From Treponematales bacterium (lineage in GTDB: Bacteria > Spirochaetota > Spirochaetia > Treponematales > UBA12059), in contig JBGSPT010000449.1 in assembly GCA_041738475.1 (NCBI GenBank), forward strand, positions 1 to 46,079: a stretch of 46,079 nucleotides of DNA. Reading direction: 5' to 3'. Below the pieces are notes generated by a model that saw only the letters and a list, made by a program, of their open reading frames with translations, did no database searches and was not told where the DNA came from. The translations under genes were made by a program, and so were the position numbers. Shown piece after piece: positions 39,803 to 46,079 of this stretch. The number at the start of each line of letters is the position of its first letter. Within the stretch, counting starts at the first letter, position 1.

Positions 39803-40798
39803 ATGAAGAGCGCCCGGACCCCGGACGTCCGTTATCTCGCCCTCGGCGCGGTCGCGGCCTTCCTCTACGGGTCTACCGTATTCTCGCTACTCTTCGCGAT
39901 GCCCCTGCAGACCTCCTGGTCCCGGGGCGGTTACCGGGCGTTTCTTCTCTCCCTGTCCGTGGCGTTCGCCGGAACGGCGGGATGGCTTTTCTGGCAGTAC
40001 CGCGGCCTGCCCTTCGGAGGCGTCGGCGGTTTCCTGCTGATGCTTTCCCTTCCCGCGGGCCTTGCCGGATCCATGGCCCTGTCTAACGCGGGGTTTCTTT
40101 CCTCCTGGCCCCTGGTCTTCCGGGTCATGGCGGGTTCTCTTCTCATTATCGCCGTAGCCCTGCCCTCGGTTTTCTCGCTCTTCGCGAATCCCGAGGTGGA
40201 GGCCTACCTGCTGCGGGGCATCGAGGAGATGACCAGGACCATGGATTCGGTCGGGGGTGAAGGCTACGCGGGGGCGGTACTGAGGTCCAGCCTGGATCCG
40301 GGAACCATGCTCGCCCAGGCCCGCAGGGTCATAGCCGACGGTTTCGCCGCCGTGCTCTTCGCGGCCACCTTCTTGGGCCATTGGATCGGAACCCGCGCCG
40401 CGGGCCCCGACGCCCAAGGCGCCAAGAGGATCCCGGCCCTTTCCGCCTTTGCCGTTCCGGGACAGCTCATATGGGGCTTCCTGGGATCCTGGACGGCCGT
40501 GCTGGCCGCCCGGCTTCCATACTTCACAGCCCTCGGGTCGGCGCAGTTCCTGGAAGCCCTGGCATGGAATGCCGCCCTTGCGGTTTCCTTCTGCTACGCC
40601 GCCCAGGGACTCGGCATACTTCGACACGTTCTGGAGCGATTCGCTCCAACCGGTCCCCTCCGATGGACGGGGATACTCCTCGTCGTTCTGCTCCTGTTCA
40701 ATGTCACTACGGGAGTCTGGACGGCGGGGATCCTGACGGTTCTCGGCGCGACCGAGACCTGGATACCCTACCGAATCAGCAAAGGAGTCCAAGCATGA
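39803..40798 (+). CDS. Polytopic membrane protein, DUF2232 / YybS-like
   Basis: Eight or more hydrophobic segments. Its position between rpsR and rplI matches the place yybS-type genes occupy in other bacteria. The stop overlaps the rplI ATG (ATGA). Confidence 0.65.
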   Translation: MKSARTPDVRYLALGAVAAFLYGSTVFSLLFAMPLQTSWSRGGYRAFLLSLSVAFAGTAGWLFWQYRGLPFGGVGGFLLMLSLPAGLAGSMALSNAGFLSSWPLVFRVMAGSLLIIAVALPSVFSLFANPEVEAYLLRGIEEMTRTMDSVGGEGYAGAVLRSSLDPGTMLAQARRVIADGFAAVLFAATFLGHWIGTRAAGPDAQGAKRIPALSAFAVPGQLIWGFLGSWTAVLAARLPYFTALGSAQFLEALAWNAALAVSFCYAAQGLGILRHVLERFAPTGPLRWTGILLVVLLLFNVTTGVWTAGILTVLGATETWIPYRISKGVQA

Positions 40799-41367
40799 AG
40801 GTCATCCTGAACAACGATGTGCCCAACCTGGGCGAATTGGGAGACATCAAGGAAGTCGCCCTGGGATACGCGCGCAACTTTCTGCTCCCCCGGGGTCTGG
40901 CGCTTCCGTACAACCAGAAGGTCGTAGCCCTCTTCGAGAAACGCAAGTCCGAAATCGAAGCGCTTAAGGCCAAGAAGCGCCTCGAGAGCTCCGACCTGAA
41001 GACCCGCCTGGAGGCGGAGGAGATTTCCCTGGTACTTCCCGCGGGGGCCAACGGCAAACTCTACGGAGCCGTCACCAACGCCACCGTCGCGGACGAGCTT
41101 CTCAAGAAGGGCTTTTCCCTGGACCGCAAGCGGATCGAGATCCCCGGCCGTGTGGTGAAGAGCGTCGGGAACTACAAGGTAGCAATCCGGCTCTACGAGA
41201 AGGACGAGGCGACGGTCAAGCTCGTCATCCGCGGCCAGTCCGACAAGGAAGCCCGGGCCGAAGCCGCCGCTGCGGCTTCGACGGCTCCCAAGGTCGAGCG
41301 TTTCAAGTCCGCCCATGTGGACGAGGACGAGGAAATCGACGAGAGGCTCCCGGAAGATCGGGATTAA
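40795..41367 (+). CDS. rplI: 50S ribosomal protein L9 with acidic C-terminal extension
   Basis: MKVILNNDVPNLGELGDIKEVALGYARNFLLPRGLA. 190 aa, against about 150 aa typically. The ORF-track start at 40381 lies in the upstream membrane-protein gene. Confidence 0.92.
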   Translation: MKVILNNDVPNLGELGDIKEVALGYARNFLLPRGLALPYNQKVVALFEKRKSEIEALKAKKRLESSDLKTRLEAEEISLVLPAGANGKLYGAVTNATVADELLKKGFSLDRKRIEIPGRVVKSVGNYKVAIRLYEKDEATVKLVIRGQSDKEARAEAAAAASTAPKVERFKSAHVDEDEEIDERLPEDRD

Positions 41368-41373
41368 GAGTCA

Positions 41374-42711
41374 ATGGCGCCGGCTCAGCTGAGGGACAAG
41401 GTTCCTCCGCACAACGCGGAAGCCGAACAGGCCGTGCTCGGCGCCATTCTCCTCGATCCGGATTCCGTCACCCTGGTACTCCGGTTCCTGAGGCCCGAGG
41501 ACTTCTACGTAAACGCCAACCGGAACATCTTCTTCGCCATCATCTCCCTGTACGAGAAGGGACAAAAGCCGGACCTCATCACCCTAACGGACGAACTCAG
41601 GCTCCTGGCCCTGCTGGACGCGTCCGGAGGGGCCGGCTACGTGGCGGACCTGACCAGTTTCGTACCCTCCAGCGCCAACGTCGAATACTACGCCCGTATC
41701 GTCCAGGAGAATTCCGTACGCCGGGCCCTCCTCAAGCTGTCCCAACAGATGACCGCCAAGGTCTTCGACGATTCCGTAGAGAGCGCCCTGATGCTGGACG
41801 AAGCCCAGGCGGCCATCTTCGACATCAGCAACAAGCGCCAGGCGGTATCCTACAAAAGCGTAAAGGAGCTTCTTCCCGACACGATCAAGATGATCGAGAA
41901 GCTCTACCGGACCAAGACTCCATACACGGGCATACCCAGCGGTTTCGGGGAACTGGACTCCATGACCAGCGGGTTCCAGGACTCGGAGCTGGTCATCATC
42001 GGAGCCCGGCCCTCCCAGGGAAAGACCGCCCTGGCCCTCACCATCGCGGCGCACACGTCGATCCACGAGAAGATTCCCACGGCATTTTTCTCCCTGGAGA
42101 TGGCGGATACCGCCCTCATGCAGCGCATGGTGGCCAGCGAGGCCCGGATCGGGTCCGAGAAGATCCGCACGGGGCTGATGAAGCACAGCGACTTCCAGAG
42201 CCTGATCGATGCCGCCGGGCGCATCTACGACGCCCCCCTCTATATCATCGACATGCCCAACATGAAGCTCCTGGACCTCAGGACCCTGGCCAGGCGGCTC
42301 CGGGCCGAGAAGGACGTCCGGATCATTTTTGTGGATTACCTGACCCTGGTGACCCACGAAAACACCGAGCTTCCCAGGTGGGAGCAGATCGCCAGCATCT
42401 CCCGGTCCCTGAAAGCCCTGGCCCGGGAGCTCCGCATCCCCGTCGTGGCCTTGTCCCAGCTGAAGCGCGAGGCCGAGGGGAAACAGCCCACCCTGGCGGA
42501 TCTCCGGGAGTCGGGGTCCATAGAGCAGGACGCCGACCTCATCCTCTTCCTCCACCGGGACCGGGAACTCGGCCGGACCCAGGAGGAACGATCCAATCCC
42601 ATAGAGACGGAACTCATCGTGGCGAAGCAGCGGAACGGTCCGACGGGTACCACCAAGATACTCTTCCTGCCCGCATTCACCCGCTTCGAGTCGATTGCAA
42701 AGCATTCCTGA
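41374..42711 (+). CDS. dnaB: Replicative DNA helicase
   Basis: N-terminal PPHNAEAEQAVLGAILLD, Walker A GARPSQGKTALAL, Walker B IFVDYLTL, and SGSIEQDADLI. 445 aa, no intein. Confidence 0.95.
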   Translation: MAPAQLRDKVPPHNAEAEQAVLGAILLDPDSVTLVLRFLRPEDFYVNANRNIFFAIISLYEKGQKPDLITLTDELRLLALLDASGGAGYVADLTSFVPSSANVEYYARIVQENSVRRALLKLSQQMTAKVFDDSVESALMLDEAQAAIFDISNKRQAVSYKSVKELLPDTIKMIEKLYRTKTPYTGIPSGFGELDSMTSGFQDSELVIIGARPSQGKTALALTIAAHTSIHEKIPTAFFSLEMADTALMQRMVASEARIGSEKIRTGLMKHSDFQSLIDAAGRIYDAPLYIIDMPNMKLLDLRTLARRLRAEKDVRIIFVDYLTLVTHENTELPRWEQIASISRSLKALARELRIPVVALSQLKREAEGKQPTLADLRESGSIEQDADLILFLHRDRELGRTQEERSNPIETELIVAKQRNGPTGTTKILFLPAFTRFESIAKHS

Positions 42712-42774
42712 GGGCTATACACTACAGGTGAATCGGACTGCCGCGGACGCAAAACCGCGGACGGGGAGGGCGGC

Positions 42775-43071
42775 ATGGAACTACGCCGGATGTACGACTT
42801 CAGCATCCTGGTCAACGAGGCGGAGCGCATGGTCCTGGACGAACTCGAGCGTCAGCTCGACGACGCGGAGAGCCTGGGCATCTGCACCTGCGAGGACTGC
42901 GTCCTGGACATGGCCGCCCTGGCCTTGAACACGATCAAGCCGCTCTACCGTGTCTCCCTGTTGGGCACCCTGTACGCCCAGGCCGCGGACGGGACCGAGT
43001 ACGCGGATAAGGTCCGCAAGGCCGTCGAAATCGCGGTGGACAAGGTCCGAAAAAACCCGTCCCACGACTAG
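42775..43071 (+). CDS. ComFB-family (late competence development protein ComFB-like) small protein
   Basis: NEAERMVLDELE...GICTCEDCVLDMAALALNTIKPLY matches the ComFB pattern with its Cys cluster. GGGAGGG Shine-Dalgarno. Confidence 0.7.
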   Translation: MELRRMYDFSILVNEAERMVLDELERQLDDAESLGICTCEDCVLDMAALALNTIKPLYRVSLLGTLYAQAADGTEYADKVRKAVEIAVDKVRKNPSHD

Positions 43072-43131
43072 GCGTGAAGAGGCCGCGGCTTCGGCGATCT
43101 ATCTAACTCTGCCGTCCCATAGGGAATTATT

Positions 43132-43752
43132 TTACTTGGCGTCCACTTCAGGATCCGCCTCCAGGGCACGAATCGAACGGTAGTTCCCCGCGAAGATCCG
43201 AGAGAATGGCTCTTCCGAGGATTTCCTAACCAGTTCCGACAGGGTTTTCTCGTATACCGCTTGAGGGACGCGGACCACCCCCGCCCGATCCGGCTTCATA
43301 CCCCAGACATCGAACACGAAGGAATTCTCCTGCCTGCCCACGTACTCGATGACGATGTCAGCCTCGGGAGCGTCCTGCTGGGCCCGGGCGAGCAAAAGGA
43401 ATTTCAGAACCTCGAGCGCCCCGGGAGAAGCCCCATCCTTGACGGCCCGGATCCTTTCCACCAATTCCCGGTAGCCGATCACGGCCTCGGATCCCGAGGG
43501 AAGGGGCACGGCGCCCCGGTAAAAGGCGTACCGCTCCATTTCCGGTACGACCTGGATGTCCATTCCCCGGGATTCCGAGGTAATCCGAACCGGAAGGTCC
43601 GGTTTGACGACGCTGCCGCATTCCGGACAACGGGCGGAAAGAAAGGAGCCTTCCAGAATTTCCTCCAAAGCGCCGGGACGGGTGTCCAGATCCACCGATT
43701 CCGGGATATCGGCCTCGAATACCGCCTCACAGGGGCATGTCACGCTTCGCAT
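43132..43752 (-). CDS. CpXC-type zinc-ribbon domain protein
   Basis: N-terminal CPCEAVF...CPECGSV pair of Cys dyads, about 45 aa apart. AAGGAGG Shine-Dalgarno. 206 aa. Confidence 0.55.
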   Translation of the reverse strand: MRSVTCPCEAVFEADIPESVDLDTRPGALEEILEGSFLSARCPECGSVVKPDLPVRITSESRGMDIQVVPEMERYAFYRGAVPLPSGSEAVIGYRELVERIRAVKDGASPGALEVLKFLLLARAQQDAPEADIVIEYVGRQENSFVFDVWGMKPDRAGVVRVPQAVYEKTLSELVRKSSEEPFSRIFAGNYRSIRALEADPEVDAK

Positions 43753-43792
43753 CCAACCCTCCTTTCGATTAGGCGTCTATAGGCATCGGACC

Positions 43793-45160
43793 TCAGCGGC
43801 CCGAGAAGAACGTGAGATCCGCGATGGTGGTAAGCAAAAAAATGGCCAAGACGACCGCCATGCCCACGGCTTGGTACCGGTATACGGTCTTGAGCTTCAG
43901 CGGTTTCCGGCGTATCCCCTCCACGACGAACAGGAGGATCTGCCCTCCGTCGAGCAAGGGAATGGGCATTAGGTTCATGATGAACAAGCCCACGGAGAGC
44001 AGAGAAAGGAAATTGAAGAGCTGGGACAAGCCGTCCGCCCATCCCTCCCGGAGGCTGCGGCTTGCCACGGTGCCGACCATGTAGGTTATCCGGGCGGGAC
44101 CGGAAACGGCGTTGGTGACTTTGACGTTTCCCCGGAACAGGCCCGCGAGACCTTGGAGGGTGCCCGAGACCGTATCCCTCGTATCTCTCCAGCCTTTGGC
44201 GATCGCATCCAAGGGCCCGTCGGCCTGGATCCTGAAAGCCACCGCCCGGAATGAAATGCCCAGATCGGGATACCCGTCCTTGTTCCAAGTCGGGATGACT
44301 TCCACCTCGAGGGGGGAACCTTCCCGATCGATCCGCATGCGGAGCACCCGCGGCCTGTCCAGGAGGGCTTTCTGAAAGGCCACATCGTGCTCGACCGCGG
44401 TTCCATTGACGGACAGGATGCGGTCGCCTGGAGCGAGCCCGGCCACGAAGGCGGAGCCCGCGGGTTCGACCCTCTCCACCACGGGTTCGACCCAGGCGTA
44501 CAAACCCACCCTGCCGGCACCCGTCTCCCGGTCCAGGACGGGGACTACCACAAGCTCGACCTGTCTGCCGTCCCGGTCCACGGTCAGCCGTAGAGATTTT
44601 TCCGCTGACCGGAAGATGATCTCCTGGATCTGGGAATACATCCGCGTCTCGACGCCGTCGATGGAAACGATCCGATCCCCGGTCCGGATCCCCGCCTTTT
44701 CCGCGGGCAGTCCCGCGGCGGGAGCGCCGAAAAGGGGATACTCCGACGCCAGGATGACCTTGTTTCCGGAGGTCCGGAGCGTATACCCGACGGCGGCGAT
44801 GACGACCGCCACGACGAGCGCGAATACCAGGTTTGCCAAGGGGCCCGCCAAGGCGATCACGATTCGGCGCCACGGGGATGCCCCGTAGAAACTGCCCGGT
44901 TCCCGGGGCATGTCCTCGTCCCCGCGCTCCAGGGCGGTCTTGAAGGCCTCTTCCCCCTTCATCCTGCAGTACCCGCCGATGGGGAATACGGATACACGGT
45001 ACTCCGTGCCGCCCCGGGTGAACCCCGCCAGTTTCGGGCCCCAGCCGAGGCTGAAAGACTCAACATGGACGCCCATCCATCGGGCCGCCAGAAAATGTCC
45101 CAGCTCGTGAACGAATACGACGATGCCCAGGCCCAGAAGACCCAAAACTATGACCACCAT
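43793..45160 (-). CDS. rseP: RIP (site-2) zinc metalloprotease RseP, M50 family, with PDZ domains
   Basis: HELGHFLAAR near the N-terminus, two PDZ-like segments (GDRIVSIDG, GDRILSVNG), and C-terminal NLMPIPLLDGG. I prefer the ATG at 45160. Confidence 0.9.
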   Translation of the reverse strand: MVVIVLGLLGLGIVVFVHELGHFLAARWMGVHVESFSLGWGPKLAGFTRGGTEYRVSVFPIGGYCRMKGEEAFKTALERGDEDMPREPGSFYGASPWRRIVIALAGPLANLVFALVVAVVIAAVGYTLRTSGNKVILASEYPLFGAPAAGLPAEKAGIRTGDRIVSIDGVETRMYSQIQEIIFRSAEKSLRLTVDRDGRQVELVVVPVLDRETGAGRVGLYAWVEPVVERVEPAGSAFVAGLAPGDRILSVNGTAVEHDVAFQKALLDRPRVLRMRIDREGSPLEVEVIPTWNKDGYPDLGISFRAVAFRIQADGPLDAIAKGWRDTRDTVSGTLQGLAGLFRGNVKVTNAVSGPARITYMVGTVASRSLREGWADGLSQLFNFLSLLSVGLFIMNLMPIPLLDGGQILLFVVEGIRRKPLKLKTVYRYQAVGMAVVLAIFLLTTIADLTFFSGR

Positions 45161-45164
45161 ACTT

Positions 45165-46079
45165 TCAGATTCCTTCCGCGGCCTCGAGAGCCGCATCGCG
45201 GGCCCGGCCGTCCACGGACAGCACCTCTTCGATGCCCTCCACCCGGATCGGCCACGCCCGGTCAAGGACGGCGGCGGTCACGAAAGCAAGATCCGTAAAA
45301 CGTATCCGCCGCTTGATGAACAGATCCACCGCGGTCTCGTTGGCCGCGTTGTAGGCGATAGTATATCCTTCTCCTGCCTTGACCGCACGATACGCCAAGT
45401 CCAGGAGGGGATATCGCTCGGGATCGGGTTCCCGGAAGGACAGGGTCAGGTCCGCCAGGTCGAGGCGGCCGAAGGCGCAGGTCTCCGTCCGGGGCCAGGA
45501 GAGGGCGGACTGGATGGCCAGCCGCATGTCGGTTCCCGAGATCTGGGCGTACAGGGCCCCGTCCCGCATGCGGATCAGGGCGTGCACCCGGCTCTGGGGG
45601 TGGATCAGGACACGCACACGGGAGGGTTCTACGCCGAAGAACCGGACAGCCTCGATCACCTCGAGCCCCTTGTTCGCCATGCTGGCGGAGTCGATCGTGA
45701 TCTTGCGCCCCATGGTCCAGTTCGGATGGGTCGACGCCTCCTCCGGGGTCGCGTGGGGTAGTTCCGCGACGGGCCGGTCCCGGAAGGCTCCCCCGGAGGC
45801 GGTCAGGATCACCTCTTCCAGGTCCCCGGCCCCGAACCGTTCGACCAACTGGAACACCGCGGAGTGTTCCGAATCCACGGGAATCACCCGCACCCGGGCC
45901 GCGGCCGCCCGCTCCAGGACGATACGTCCCGCCAGGACCATGGTCTCCTTGTTGGCGAGGGCGAGGTCGGTTCCCGCGTCTATCGCTTCGAGGGAAGGGC
46001 GCAATCCGGCGGCTCCCGCGATCCCGTTCAGCGTGAGGTCCGCGGGGACCTCGGACAGCATCCGAGCGACCGCATCGGG
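45165..46079 (-). CDS. dxr: 1-deoxy-D-xylulose 5-phosphate reductoisomerase, C-terminal ~300 aa (N-terminus beyond the window)
   Basis: LANKETMV, DSEHSA, HPNWTMGRKITIDSASMANKGLEVIEA. The frame stays open to the window edge. Confidence 0.92.
   Translation of the reverse strand, partial: PDAVARMLSEVPADLTLNGIAGAAGLRPSLEAIDAGTDLALANKETMVLAGRIVLERAAAARVRVIPVDSEHSAVFQLVERFGAGDLEEVILTASGGAFRDRPVAELPHATPEEASTHPNWTMGRKITIDSASMANKGLEVIEAVRFFGVEPSRVRVLIHPQSRVHALIRMRDGALYAQISGTDMRLAIQSALSWPRTETCAFGRLDLADLTLSFREPDPERYPLLDLAYRAVKAGEGYTIAYNAANETAVDLFIKRRIRFTDLAFVTAAVLDRAWPIRVEGIEEVLSVDGRARDAALEAAEGI

Noticed and set aside
41584-42705. 373-aa minus-strand ORF antisense to dnaB
   Set aside because: Shadow ORF with a Gly/Pro/Arg/Leu-rich translation. 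dnaB is unambiguous on the plus strand.
43740-44873. 377-aa minus-strand ORF in another frame of the rseP region
   Set aside because: The off-frame translation is Arg/Gly/Pro-rich. The rseP frame carries the HELGH, PDZ and NLMPIPxLDGG motifs.

Overview
This is a GC-rich (roughly 65% by eye), very tightly packed bacterial chromosomal segment. I count about 40 protein-coding genes. I found no rRNA, tRNA, CRISPR array, transposase, integrase or phage gene.

Most of the content is housekeeping: metG, hisS, trmB, coaX, the rpsF-ssb-rpsR-(DUF2232 membrane protein)-rplI-dnaB block, rseP, dxr (3' part), plsC, a DEAD-box helicase, an HrpA-like DEAH helicase and an ABC-F ATPase.

The accessory-looking content is:
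- a translationally coupled GntR / activase / glycyl-radical-enzyme operon with no obvious pathway partners;
- a tandem pair of HisKA_2-type sensor kinases coupled to a D-cysteine desulfhydrase/ACC-deaminase-fold PLP enzyme;
- an AMMECR1-MEMO1 pair without its usual radical SAM partner, divergent from an orphan sigma-54 response regulator;
- a CapA-family protein, a DUF438 hemerythrin/PAS protein, a DUF2239 protein, ComFB and CpXC proteins;
- several lipoproteins and hypothetical proteins.

The gene order, the ~830-aa HrpA, the FemAB-like enzyme and the many lipoboxes are reminiscent of Spirochaetota. I cannot confirm that without a database search.

I do not see a defence island or a mobile element. 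The most unusual signals are:
- the unassigned glycyl radical enzyme module;
- a recurring leaderless-type promoter architecture (promoter hexamers 6-8 nt from the ATG, no Shine-Dalgarno);
- a CapA signal peptide that can only be translated from a non-canonical start codon;
- a perfect 18-bp-stem palindrome in an AT-rich islet;
- a heptad tandem repeat upstream of rpsF.

All calls come from reading the supplied translations and the DNA by eye. No similarity search, RNA folding or statistics were run. Many long ORFs in the track are Arg/Pro/Gly-rich antisense or off-frame artefacts typical of GC-rich DNA, and I rejected them.
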